Shown one piece after another: positions 43,201 through 50,129 of a stretch of DNA of 64,000 nt. The position numbers and the translations under genes are program-made. The notes beneath the pieces are model-generated. The model saw only the letters and a list, made by a program, of their open reading frames with translations. It ran no database searches and was not told the DNA's origin. The stretch is taken from the NCBI GenBank assembly GCA_040753015.1, contig JBFMHM010000001.1:8193-72192 (forward strand), written 5' to 3'. Origin of the DNA: Candidatus Omnitrophota bacterium. Lineage in GTDB: Bacteria > Omnitrophota > Gorgyraeia > Gygaellales > JBFMHM01. Position 1 is the stretch's first letter, and each line of letters begins with the position of its first letter.

Positions 43201-43405
43201 TAAAGAAATATTAGAGCTAGTGCTTAAGCCGCTTACCGATGACCTTGCCGCGGCTAATGCAAGCGATCCAAATACAACATTAGAAGGAATGGAAGTATTA
43301 GCCAAAGCACAATCTGTATCGTCTAAAGGGCAAGGCGCAAAAACCGCGCCTGTTACAACCGGCGGCATTGACCTATCGCAAATACAGATTACGATGATTG
43401 GATAA
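34298..43405 (+). CDS. Giant secreted multidomain protein (3,035 aa): N-terminal domain, HExxH module, SidJ-like pseudokinase, GT-B glycosyltransferase-like domain, HEAT repeats, C-terminal GGIDL
   Basis: Uninterrupted ORF with signal peptide; domain motifs detailed in findings. Confidence 0.9.
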   Translation: MIKRIFILLLVGIFCFNHLCYGFQNISASKRVTLSGPTLLGIDLNGRDALQCVSTGIQFNLNIPKGTILNLDQRNNLKTNINYFLTALTIQDSEFWVNLNPNQPNRLTGTNIAYTDMGKHLLLLDLKLKKDTTFALFPGLSQGATTYWERVFAKAKALAKSNIKYQKSNIQTKNQKEEQNRRTEELTNSRTVSIPTTFRVWIVPDKAEVYEDGKGSCVITKSTLKVLLESEYLQLPQTPSLPKRGIKGEFDNNQELQSYCESQLKELILPNLTHKVNHDPSYEPLRQIYNAIILAKWFKANALNSKNNNYQLPNPNVKSITNDQSTNKNQFEQIINSNNLKGLISKDPITKEQIFAAYLDSVKQGEYHLTKTNYNEELKANIRRSYVSGGAEFTAIALTVDPTATSKAGALATDNLGAAVTLTDSQNQSINVAIKTDFDSSNAMDVTSRVEPRLIASLQGDIKIFVCPSLSQFDNQDNFSLIAHAGRGGVRVVDGVTHKHTLRQIYLSPKQFELVQGLTQEAKEQFWKHEIAHLEHPEMSEEEVQAVAPTDKVREELIDPDLRKLLEAEKVLSIEEIDLSEAYVYAADDIAAIAQNKPELADKALAVLENILIKTILILNREELDLCEAYVYAANAIAVIAQNKPELIRESTLAVLKNILNSEKLHTSAYVYAANAIAAYYAKVNKPIPAAALKALRLRYIRFTDRGISFHDASAFAEGLLKTASPVTLKPLPEALPKKEAIDLNSIPKQDNLDDLLKDYTFVRAQGRTLIYKHKTTGKFLALKLLKKDESPAELTHESNMFEYFNKHRQTLGLQSIFPMSMVLNSEGDKVLSVVNLPRDALADLSVSVEKTKQCYTVMAYTTTSFDYFTYLDDPVLSKEEFNQATEKSVHDLFALASYGIIHTALLSIFHTVEQDKDRQDAGKYIWMTSIIRKLTTGTGRLENWLIAAKYPNLRRSGLADLADITTLDELITDPNHLGSIHLSEAREFYNNQEVLKRVFLANYIGDYLLTFALITGSRLHKRNEFNWQDPEQLAKFMQELFTQAFTVSRSQEQANTVAKAIDWARLARQMSYFMSGAYVADFSPKNPHRNIPVGMFEGEEICSLGSFDESLWSEVFGWTSLVQDNPEDNPSALGPFNGPFPLTELVKALYVYASLLATDTQTTEEQTADTTIASTGEKGATRAEHEVYHKQGKFEEVITDIAKKIEAEKRADGKYDLRAKVQEKGGSIQKIFSQLRIENDGILVIIDIRFHRDHAGRNEFAVYARSEAKAQHELSELRDWRDFAIEQNIATLEDIQQGLLGTKLREWMNDGAIQDAERAHRKSLIEEKSKAFHRKALEIEVKSDFEDIEEPGYKAVTFILPEATDGQGDFMDLLSTARVFQKSNPTKKVRIALERASAYKKLTKLFPDFDPEKISNTVDDIVVINAEQDPTFIDSLLCNKVSIILLSADKSPPALGLSAVNIYLEEPGASKRIYLPTNLKRGEVYKDKQGRLHIVYTTGFSTDSLGMVIDKTLKQKMQTAGNSKQNLLHSLAQEKPGLQLPADTIDSKWGFVYYNSSHVEVVYSSFGYFSFLYQALKNGNIDKGQKITIFDFSDTVDSCDGVRNYDAYKAFTHIFPDGKIIVGEKFPNVRVVHVSMASHNLFLRFMYMAELPILVTGTRSLTEAIELGKPFVYDLMNWKVGLVQGMVEQAIRHMPLDQALIIAACLNGYPAIDEQEKYTRLLTLYRQLRTQIPLVKSPDDIGLVLNQFAENNGLDRNKFGYAFWEPLKSVTGPEITEEELVALKICWIMLGGLRSIHLKHSPRILYDSIYQEAFRALTEVLANLPALEDNLAQQITTLVDAYNQDEQEALRILRTNVDAAVGQKEDEIDFIISSDGGVADKDVSLLPPKYDGERFSPQTIYDFGAGLSPLERQHLRRSLVRLTAQLRNKDVAVRTQAVTALINLFANEFGLFSRGILQQAYQNQEQLTNLFILMRPLLENTLLNGSEADDAYQNLANQLANPTTGSSQETILRTANNLGWNLIFINDRPIFVLTDEAHNYATSTASDEVRLVNLLPEGIVLSNARPVQASEVTQPDVSAPVVSQPVQLPQPQQPTTALVVPNQVQGVLVKPRTIAGVIAKFKPINYQPTLNRPLIQRIAILINEGDYNQAATLIQNNHTRAQAQALLTELLIAHPGPQTFELLAYLDIGLATDSFMQAFATTNGELNLERINNIIFMLSLIQRDRIYLWQAQSDLRSAGTLRESLPFSCFILARMSQEREYQPFVARMRRLIDDIVPLGTVAGLNRIETLLKIVNDLAPEALVAQEQTYSFARSIDEIDEIVASLNSAGDDLSAVSDYCILGRSPTNVLRAVKKYAAAKILPWRAVLVRLLSAQSPEAIATFIAVLDQQQTAWYRNDLGDELERVEFFSTLLAEIDRELAINTIDVLVTDQILYHQDSRRLAERILLGPAIEAIDAMVAIHTELCKRDSRYNTEFEFQLTGVLLAEDLTKGQRQQAVKRCAQIIETTDDNWHKLKADFRVLIAMRTDSGQARKDAIAELGRLGTPDAVDVLLGLLIQRSIPRYSLLKALARGLTVDRKTDEDKIFQDGLKTIHSGRYIKEAINALSQLARTDLDSFTAPQVFFIKWLGMYLNYQNINGAYLPNDSDRVGIVNIYIILGFRGHSYAVSKFIQECEGYDKLPDLPRDDLRGWFNPEIEQWVVWRRDLIEKLADPRLDQANWQFEQNQFFLLLEAIGVPKEVSRNIRQLCISEDKNETIAAIQALGESKHSASVELLIDCCLPIEQRSMSITHLKYRDKDGRRGLDNDICQAAIIALGKIADPRAVEPLIECLKDTNKYVRRNAVEALAKIGMPALPALEATLRRPEYNKVIAEIQRIIDRIRAKNPSITEHQFFAPVLSSALKQELIAKLNGSDLLDAPIAERTKQVIRILTSDKYYDEQSFNLLIAALNEIKAGIRINLEGLHIAGDYKEILELVLKPLTDDLAAANASDPNTTLEGMEVLAKAQSVSSKGQGAKTAPVTTGGIDLSQIQITMIG
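34434..34461. repeat. 28-bp REP-like palindrome, copy 1 (intragenic)
   Basis: GTAGAGACGC-GCTGCAGT-GCGTCTCTAC. Confidence 0.8.
35645..35672. repeat. 28-bp REP-like palindrome, copy 2 (intragenic)
   Basis: GTAGAGCCGC-GATTAATC-GCGTCTCTAC. Confidence 0.8.
36019..36335 (+). repeat. Three tandem HEAT-like repeats conserved at DNA level
   Basis: GCCTACGTATATGCTGCT recurs at 36041, 36182 and 36302 (AYVYAAxxIA). Confidence 0.85.
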
Positions 43406-43463
43406 AAATTATTATTTCTCTGCTAAATTAATATGCTATAATTATGATTATTCAAATTTAATC

Positions 43464-44300
43464 ATGCAAAACTTTTCGCCTAAAAAACTAATTTTATCAG
43501 CACTAAAAGAAGATGCTGCGTTTAACGATATAACTTCTAAAACATTTATCCCAAAAAACTCGAAATCAAAAGCTTATCTAATTAATAAAGAACCCTGCGT
43601 TTTATGCGGCATAAATATTTTTAGACAAACGTTCCAAATGCTCGACAAAAACATCAAATTTACCTCTAAATATAAAGATGGCGCAATCCTAAGTAACAAC
43701 ACAAAAGTTGCTTTCATCTCTGGAAATACGCAAAAAATACTTTCTGCTGAACGCGTCGCCTTAAATTTTTTAACTCACCTATCTGGCGTTGCAACTTTAA
43801 CTAAAAAATTTGTTGACGCCATAAAACCATACAAAACTAAAATTATGGATACACGAAAAACTTTACCCGGGTTGCGTACATTAGAAAAATACGCTGTCCG
43901 ATGTGGCGGCGGATTCAATCATCGCATCAGCCTAAAAGATCAAATGTTAATAAAAGATAACCACCTTGCAGCTATCAATAAAGATTGGCCGACAATCCAT
44001 AAAGTAATTAAAAAAGCTAGGAGTAAGAATATAATTACTGAACTCGAAGTAACAAATTTAAATGATTTTAAAAAAGCCTTAGAAATAAAACCAGATATCA
44101 TCATGCTTGATAATATGAATTTAAAAGATATAAAAACCGCTGTTAAGTTACGCAACTTAAATAATGTTGAACTTGAAGTATCGGGGAACATTAATTTAAA
44201 AAATATAAGAGAAGTCGCTAAAACAGGCGTTGATAGAATCTCCATAGGCGCGTTAACTCATTCAGCGCAAGCCCCTGACTTTTCACTAGAGGTAAATTAA
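43464..44300 (+). CDS. nadC: Quinolinate phosphoribosyltransferase
   Basis: AERVALN, DTRKT, IKDNH, MLDN and ISIGALTHSA motifs; start at 43464 preferred. Confidence 0.96.
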   Translation: MQNFSPKKLILSALKEDAAFNDITSKTFIPKNSKSKAYLINKEPCVLCGINIFRQTFQMLDKNIKFTSKYKDGAILSNNTKVAFISGNTQKILSAERVALNFLTHLSGVATLTKKFVDAIKPYKTKIMDTRKTLPGLRTLEKYAVRCGGGFNHRISLKDQMLIKDNHLAAINKDWPTIHKVIKKARSKNIITELEVTNLNDFKKALEIKPDIIMLDNMNLKDIKTAVKLRNLNNVELEVSGNINLKNIREVAKTGVDRISIGALTHSAQAPDFSLEVN

Positions 44301-44301
44301 C

Positions 44302-44802
44302 ATGAAAAACATAAAAAATAATTTTATTATAGCGATATGTTTGTATTTGATTGATGTGTTTATACTGAACCAAGGAATAATTGCTATTTTTGTAATTTTT
44401 ATAATAATTTTTTTCCTTTTTCCAAGATTATTATTTACTATATTCAAAAAAGACAAAATGATAACTCAAGAAAGAGCAATTATTCTTCTTATATACATTT
44501 TAATGGTTATTGGTATAATCACTTCCAATAAACTAAATAATAAAATTGCGTTTATGCGTGCCAAAAAAATAATTCAGGCATGCGAAGAGTATAAATCAAA
44601 ATATCAAACATATCCAAACAAGCTATATGATCTTGTTCCAGAGTTTATAACTAAAATTCCTGTGGCTAAGCTTACGTTACAATTTAATAAATTCTACTAT
44701 ATTTCAAGTAATAATATGCATGCTATTTATTTCGTAAGCCGCCCGCCTTTTGGCAGGCCTATTTATAATCTAGAAAAAGGTTCTTGGGGATATCTAGACT
44801 AA
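44302..44802 (+). CDS. Hypothetical membrane protein
   Basis: Three TM segments followed by a soluble YP..LYDLVPEF domain. Confidence 0.7.
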   Translation: MKNIKNNFIIAICLYLIDVFILNQGIIAIFVIFIIIFFLFPRLLFTIFKKDKMITQERAIILLIYILMVIGIITSNKLNNKIAFMRAKKIIQACEEYKSKYQTYPNKLYDLVPEFITKIPVAKLTLQFNKFYYISSNNMHAIYFVSRPPFGRPIYNLEKGSWGYLD

Positions 44803-44818
44803 ATCGAATATCTAAAAC

Positions 44819-44847
44819 TTGAAAATCATTAAAAAATGTGGTATATT
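44819..44847 (+). promoter_or_regulatory. Sigma70 promoter of the GEMM-containing RNA
   Basis: TTGAAA (44819-44824), 17 bp, TGgTATATT extended -10 (44839-44847). Confidence 0.7.
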
Positions 44848-44860
44848 TATATTAGAAGCA

Positions 44861-45105
44861 GGGCCGATAAAGGCAAACCACGAGAAATCGTGGGACATCA
44901 TAATGTAACAGTAAACGTCAATTAAACATTATGATCTCGAAATATAGCTTGTAAGTAAAAAATTAAGCTATAATCGAGGCAAAGCCGCAAGCCTAAATTG
45001 TTTAAGGAAGCAAGTCAGGCTTAAACAACAAGGTGGTTGGGTTGCCAAAGAGCGCCAGAACAGATCGAGGTGAGGAGAAGCAAAAATAGCGCCTCCTTAT
45101 CGGCC
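44861..45105 (+). ncRNA. Expanded c-di-GMP-I (GEMM-I) aptamer RNA with inserted hairpins
   Basis: GGCAAACC-ACGA-GAAA-TCGT-GGGAC [82-nt insert] GCAAAGCC...CCTAA...AAGG...GGGTTGCC; closing helix GGCCGATAA (44862-44870)/TTATCGGCC (45097-45105). Confidence 0.8.
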
Positions 45106-45122
45106 ATTATTTATGATATAAT

Positions 45123-45151
45123 AATCCCGAACATTAATTCGGGATTTTTTT
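45123..45151 (+). terminator. Rho-independent terminator
   Basis: AATCCCGAA-CATTAA-TTCGGGATT followed by a T-run. Confidence 0.8.
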
Positions 45152-45219
45152 ATTTATGCCACATTTTGGCATAAATAACCCACCAACGGGTTAGTGGCGG
45201 GTAAACAATGTATTTTACG

Positions 45220-47196
45220 ATGAAGAAATTTATTCTAAAAGCTCCGTACAAACCAGCTGGCGATCAACCAAAGGCAATTAAAGAATTAACCGCGGGTATT
45301 TTAGCTAAACAAAAATACCAAACGCTTCTTGGCGTAACCGGCTCCGGTAAAACATTTTGTCTAGCTAATGTTATAAAAAATATTAATAAACCAATCCTTG
45401 TTATATCCCCTAATAAAACTTTGGCGGCGCAGCTTTATTCTGAATTCAAAGAATACTTCCCACAAAATGCTGTTGAATATTTTGTAAGTTACTACGACTA
45501 CTATCAGCCAGAAAGCTACATTCCTCAAACTGATACCTATATTGAAAAAGATGCCTCAATCAATGACCGGCTTGACCGCCTTAGGCTTTCTGCAACCAGC
45601 TCGCTTATATCAAGAAACGATGTAATAATAGTTTCGTCTGTTTCATGTATATACAATTTAGGAGACCCGGCAGAATACAAAGATCAACTTATAGTTTTAA
45701 AAAATAATCAAAATATAGATCGCGACAATCTGCTGCGCCAATTAATTGAAATCCAGTATGAAAGGAATGATTACGAATTCACCAGAGGCAAAATCCGCGT
45801 AAGAGGCAATATCATTGAAGTGCTTCCTGCTTATAAAAAAGAGGCGTTTAGAATTGAGCTGTTTGATGATAAAATACAAAATATTACCGAGTTTGATCCT
45901 ATTAGCGGCAACTCTATCTCTAAATTAGAAAAAATTGCAATTTATCCAGCAAAACATTTTCTTATTTCTAAATCTCAAATTGATAACGCTGAAAAATCGA
46001 TTCAAGAAGAACTAGAAAAACAACTCAAAACTTTAAAGTCAAATGGCAAGCTTCTAGAAGCACAACGCCTCCAGTCGCGCACGAAATACGATCTTGAAAT
46101 GCTGCGTGAAATTGGTTATTGTCACGGCATAGAAAATTATTCTAGGCACTTATCAGCCAGGCCTCCTGGATCACGGCCATACTGTTTAATAGATTATTTT
46201 CCCAGAGATTTTCTTGTTATCATAGATGAATCACACGTAACCATACCTCAAATTCGAGGAATGTACGAAGGAGATAAAGCGCGTAAACAAACGCTTGTAG
46301 AATTTGGGTTTCGCCTGCCAAGCTGCCTTGATAATCGGCCGCTTCGTTTTGATGAGTTTGAAAACATGATAAATCAATCTATCTTTGTTTCGGCTACCCC
46401 GGCAGAATTTGAAATTAATAAATCAAAAAGTAATGTTATTGAACAAATCATAAGGCCTACTGGCCTTGCAGACCCTGAAATAATTATCCGCTCAACAAAT
46501 AATCAAATCGAGGATTTGATAAAAGAGATAAATATCCGTGTTAAAAAAAATGAGCGTGTATTAGTAACCACCTTAACTAAAAGAATGTCGGAAGACCTAA
46601 CAGCTTATCTAAAAGAAAAAGGAATAAAAGTTGAATATTTACATTCGGAAATACAAACAATACATAGATCTAAAATTTTACAAGACTTAAGAAAAAAGAA
46701 ATTCGACTGTGTTGTTGGAATCAACCTTCTAAGGGAGGGGCTTGATTTACCAGAGGTTTCGCTTGTTGCTATCTTAGATGCCGATAAAGAAGGATTCTTA
46801 CGCTCAACTACTTCACTAATCCAAACTGCCGGCCGTGCAGCACGAAACATAAACGGTAAAGTAATTATGTATGCAGATAATTTGACTGGGTCAATTAAAA
46901 GGGCGATTAGCGAAAGTGGACGGCGCCGAAAAATCCAACTAGAATTTAACAAAAAAAATAAGGTTACACCCAAATCAATTCAAAAAGCAATTAAAGAAGG
47001 TATTGAACAATACGATGAGGCAAAAAATTTAGTTTTTGAGGTAACCGAAGAGAGCAAGGATGAATACGAATTAAGGGAGTATATTGCAAGCCTTGAATAT
47101 GAAATGGAGCTAGCTAGCCGTAACCTACAGTTTGAAAAAGCCGCAGAACTAAGGGATAAGATTAAAGAATTGACCAAGCTAAAAAAGAAGGTATAA
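45220..47196 (+). CDS. uvrB: Excinuclease ABC subunit B
   Basis: GVTGSGKT, YFVSYYDYYQPE, DESH and QTAGRAARN motifs; C-terminal UVR domain. Confidence 0.98.
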   Translation: MKKFILKAPYKPAGDQPKAIKELTAGILAKQKYQTLLGVTGSGKTFCLANVIKNINKPILVISPNKTLAAQLYSEFKEYFPQNAVEYFVSYYDYYQPESYIPQTDTYIEKDASINDRLDRLRLSATSSLISRNDVIIVSSVSCIYNLGDPAEYKDQLIVLKNNQNIDRDNLLRQLIEIQYERNDYEFTRGKIRVRGNIIEVLPAYKKEAFRIELFDDKIQNITEFDPISGNSISKLEKIAIYPAKHFLISKSQIDNAEKSIQEELEKQLKTLKSNGKLLEAQRLQSRTKYDLEMLREIGYCHGIENYSRHLSARPPGSRPYCLIDYFPRDFLVIIDESHVTIPQIRGMYEGDKARKQTLVEFGFRLPSCLDNRPLRFDEFENMINQSIFVSATPAEFEINKSKSNVIEQIIRPTGLADPEIIIRSTNNQIEDLIKEINIRVKKNERVLVTTLTKRMSEDLTAYLKEKGIKVEYLHSEIQTIHRSKILQDLRKKKFDCVVGINLLREGLDLPEVSLVAILDADKEGFLRSTTSLIQTAGRAARNINGKVIMYADNLTGSIKRAISESGRRRKIQLEFNKKNKVTPKSIQKAIKEGIEQYDEAKNLVFEVTEESKDEYELREYIASLEYEMELASRNLQFEKAAELRDKIKELTKLKKKV

Positions 47197-47205
47197 TTTA
47201 ATAAT

Positions 47206-47946
47206 ATGAGTCTAGTAATCGACATTGGCAACACAACAATTCACTTCGGTATTTTTGGAAAAGATAAATTAATTAAAAATTTCAAAGTAGAGACGCATTG
47301 CAATGCATCTCTACAAATAATAAAGTTAATTAAAAATAATTTTAAAATCCATCCTAACAAAATTATTATTTGCTCTGTAGTCCCAAAAGAAACTATCCGC
47401 CTTAAAAAAAATTTAAAACAAATTTTTAAAATTAATCCAATTATAGTTGGCCGCGATTTAGTTGTACCGATAAAAAATTTATACCTCAAACCAAAACAAG
47501 TTGGTCAGGACCGGCTTGTTAATGCTTATGCCGGTGTGGCATTTTACGGCAGCCCATTAATAGTAGTTGACTTTGGCACCGCGATTACTTTTGACATAAT
47601 CTCCAAGAATAAAGAATATTTAGGTGGAATGATTTTACCCGGCCTAAATATGTCACTAGAAGCACTTGGTCAAAAAACCGCACTTTTACCAAAGGTTAAA
47701 CTAACTAAACCAAAAGAATTTATTGGCCGTGATACAAAACAAAGCATACTTAGCGGAATAGTATATGGCTTTAGCGCAATGACGGATAATTTAACAGAAA
47801 GAATCAAAACAAAAATTGGTAAAAACGCTAAAATAATTGCAACTGGCGGAAATACAGATCTAGTTTCAAAATTCTCTAACAATATTAATGTCGTCGATAA
47901 AAATCTTACCTTAAAAGGATTAAATTTACTTGCACAACTTAGATAA
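47206..47946 (+). CDS. coaX: Type III pantothenate kinase
   Basis: DIGNT, VGQDR, DFGTA and ATGG motifs. Confidence 0.95.
   Translation: MSLVIDIGNTTIHFGIFGKDKLIKNFKVETHCNASLQIIKLIKNNFKIHPNKIIICSVVPKETIRLKKNLKQIFKINPIIVGRDLVVPIKNLYLKPKQVGQDRLVNAYAGVAFYGSPLIVVDFGTAITFDIISKNKEYLGGMILPGLNMSLEALGQKTALLPKVKLTKPKEFIGRDTKQSILSGIVYGFSAMTDNLTERIKTKIGKNAKIIATGGNTDLVSKFSNNINVVDKNLTLKGLNLLAQLR
47287..47314. repeat. 28-bp REP-like palindrome, copy 3 (inside coaX)
   Basis: GTAGAGACGC-ATTGCAAT-GCATCTCTAC. Confidence 0.8.
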
Positions 47947-47989
47947 TTATGATATACTTTTTATAAGTGAATAAAAGATTAGAAAACTA

Positions 47990-48031
47990 AAGGCTGTAAG
48001 GATTAGCAAATCTAACCTTACAGCCTTTTTC
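47990..48031 (+). promoter_or_regulatory. Hairpin with U-tract in the leader of the cold-shock gene (terminator or attenuator)
   Basis: AAGGCTGTAAGG...CCTTACAGCCTT followed by TTTT, about 25 nt upstream of the ATG. Confidence 0.55.
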
Positions 48032-48054
48032 TTTATAACCCAAGGAGAACAACA

Positions 48055-48258
48055 ATGCATACTGGAAAAATAAAAAAAATAGTTCGTGACAGAGGCTTTG
48101 GTTTTATCAGTGACACAGACGGCCGAGAAGTATTTTTTCATCAATCAAGTTTAGTAGATGCAACATTTAATGACTTAAACGACGAACAAACTTTAGAATT
48201 TGATGTTGAAAAATCCGCAAAAGGGCCATGTGCAATTAATGTAAAAATCTTAAAATAA
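48055..48258 (+). CDS. Cold-shock domain protein
   Basis: RGFGFI (RNP1) and VFFHQS (RNP2) motifs. Confidence 0.93.
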   Translation: MHTGKIKKIVRDRGFGFISDTDGREVFFHQSSLVDATFNDLNDEQTLEFDVEKSAKGPCAINVKILK

Positions 48259-48270
48259 AATATAGCTTAT

Positions 48271-49572
48271 ATGAAAATAGTTTTTATTGAACCTGCTGCC
48301 TCAAAAGCAAATGTTTATAGCAAATTACATATGCCTCTTTTAGGCCCTTTATACTTAGGAACAATTCTTAAAAATCTAGGGCACGAGGTTACAGTTTACA
48401 ATGAAAATATATATAAACCAGACTATTCTAAGATAAACGCTGATATTATAGGAATTTCTATTTTAACCTCAACAGCAAAACGCGGTTACGATATTGCTAC
48501 GTTATTTCCAAAAGAAAAAGTAATAATTGGTGGCGTGCATGCCAGCCTTTTACCTGAAGAAGCATTACGATTTGCCAGACAAGTAGTTATCGGTGAAGCC
48601 GAAAGTATAATTGCTAAAGTAATAGACGGTTCAATCAAAGATAAAGTTGTACAAGGTGTAGCTATCCAAAATTTAGACGAACTGCCATTTCCAGATTTTT
48701 CTTTGATTAAAGGCTATAAACCAAAACCAATCATTATGCCCATATCTAGTTCGCGAGGATGCCCCTTTGATTGCACATTCTGCTCTGTAACAAAAATATT
48801 CGGCAGGGCATACCGTTTTCGCAGCGCTGAAAACATCCTTAAGGAATTAAAATCAAGGGATGCAAAATCGTTCTTTTTTTGTGATGATAATTTTACGGCT
48901 AACCCAGAACGCACACGTATTTTATGTGAACTTATGTTAAAACACAAAACCCCGCGCTGGACAGCTCAAGTTCGTTGCGATGCAACCAAAAATGATTCAC
49001 TTTTAGGCCTTATGGCAAAAAGTGGATGCAGTGTCGTCTGCGTAGGGTTTGAATCAATTAATGTTAAAACTCTTTCTGCCTTCGAGAAAAAACAAAGCGT
49101 TAACGACATAATTAGCGCGATTCGTTCTTTCCATAGAAAAAAAATTAAAATTCACGGAATGTTTGTTTTAGGTAGCGATAGCGATGATGAAAAGACTGTA
49201 TGGGAAACTCTCAAATTTGCAATAAAGGAAAAAATTGACACTATTCAAATGATGATCTTAACGCCTTTTCCGGGAACTAAGGTTCACGAAGAGTTAAATA
49301 AGGAAAAACGGATATTTAACCGCGACTGGAGCTTATACGACGCCCAACATGCTGTATTCAATCCAAAATTAATATCGGCAAAACAATTACAAATAGCATC
49401 GCTTAAGGCACATGCAAAATTTTATTCTTTTTCTTCATCTTTATGTTTACTCCTTAAGCTGAATTTTCGCAATGCATTTTTTCGTTTTATGGGGTATAGA
49501 ATTGTTAAAGAATGGATAAGATGCAATTGTAAAATGCAATGGCTGTTACAAGTTTCACCAAAAATGAGTTAA
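48271..49572 (+). CDS. B12-binding radical SAM protein
   Basis: N-terminal cobalamin-binding domain (GGVHAS); RGCPFDCTFC; DDNF. Confidence 0.92.
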   Translation: MKIVFIEPAASKANVYSKLHMPLLGPLYLGTILKNLGHEVTVYNENIYKPDYSKINADIIGISILTSTAKRGYDIATLFPKEKVIIGGVHASLLPEEALRFARQVVIGEAESIIAKVIDGSIKDKVVQGVAIQNLDELPFPDFSLIKGYKPKPIIMPISSSRGCPFDCTFCSVTKIFGRAYRFRSAENILKELKSRDAKSFFFCDDNFTANPERTRILCELMLKHKTPRWTAQVRCDATKNDSLLGLMAKSGCSVVCVGFESINVKTLSAFEKKQSVNDIISAIRSFHRKKIKIHGMFVLGSDSDDEKTVWETLKFAIKEKIDTIQMMILTPFPGTKVHEELNKEKRIFNRDWSLYDAQHAVFNPKLISAKQLQIASLKAHAKFYSFSSSLCLLLKLNFRNAFFRFMGYRIVKEWIRCNCKMQWLLQVSPKMS

Positions 49573-49573
49573 A

Positions 49574-49726
49574 ATGAAACATATTAAAGTTTCGCACAAG
49601 GGAAGAAAATGCAGATACCGTAATTGCACAAATATTCTAAGCATTTACAACCACGAAAACTACTGCCATGTCCATATCTCAATAATTAACGATAGAATTC
49701 CCGTTAAAACTCCCAAAACAAAATAA
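49574..49726 (+). CDS. 50-aa putative zinc-binding protein
   Basis: MKHIKVSHKGRKCRYRNCTNILSIYNHENYCHVH...; C-x4-C-x12-C-x2-H; starts 1 nt after the upstream stop; absent from the ORF track. Confidence 0.6.
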   Translation: MKHIKVSHKGRKCRYRNCTNILSIYNHENYCHVHISIINDRIPVKTPKTK

Positions 49727-49737
49727 AAATTTTTTTC

Positions 49738-49792
49738 TTGACAAACTTTTTTCCATCATTTATAATTAGCACTCGTTATCGTTGAGTGCTAA
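49738..49792 (+). promoter_or_regulatory. groESL promoter with CIRCE (HrcA operator)
   Basis: TTGACA (49738), 17 bp, TATAAT (49761); TTAGCACTC-N9-GAGTGCTAA at 49766-49792. Confidence 0.97.
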
Positions 49793-49824
49793 AAACAACA
49801 ATAAACCATAAAGGAGGTGGATAC

Positions 49825-50115
49825 ATGTCTATACAACCATTGGGTGACAGAGTGCTAATAAAAGCGCTTGAAGCAGAAGAAAAAACAAAAGGCGGCATAG
49901 TTCTTCCTGATACAGCAAAAGAGAAACCACAGGAAGGAAAAGTCGTCGCGGTAGGTAAAGGCAAAACGCTAGATAACGGCTCAATACAAACACTTGAAGT
50001 TAAAGCCGGAGATAAAGTACTTTACGGAAAATATTCTGGCACAGAAATCACAACTAAAGAAGGCGAAGAATATCTAATAATGAAAGAAGAAGATATCTTA
50101 GCTATAGTGAAATAA
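49825..50115 (+). CDS. groES: Co-chaperonin GroES
   Basis: IQPLGDRV and [15 protein letters not shown] motifs; AGGAGG RBS before the ATG at 49825. Confidence 0.98.
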   Translation: MSIQPLGDRVLIKALEAEEKTKGGIVLPDTAKEKPQEGKVVAVGKGKTLDNGSIQTLEVKAGDKVLYGKYSGTEITTKEGEEYLIMKEEDILAIVK

Positions 50116-50129
50116 GAGGAGGAAACGTA

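Noticed and set aside
43398-43463. N-terminal extension of NadC overlapping the giant gene
   Set aside because: No NadC-like sequence before the Met at 43464; the stretch looks like a promoter region (TGCTATAAT)
44861-45151. RNase P RNA, tmRNA, 6S or SRP identity for the ~300-nt RNA
   Set aside because: No GAGGAAAGTCC, no tRNA-like ends or tag ORF, no long 6S-type rod and no SRP loop motif; GEMM motifs fit instead
49786-49824. N-terminal extension of GroES in the ORF track
   Set aside because: The upstream GTG lies inside the CIRCE element; the AGGAGG RBS supports the ATG at 49825
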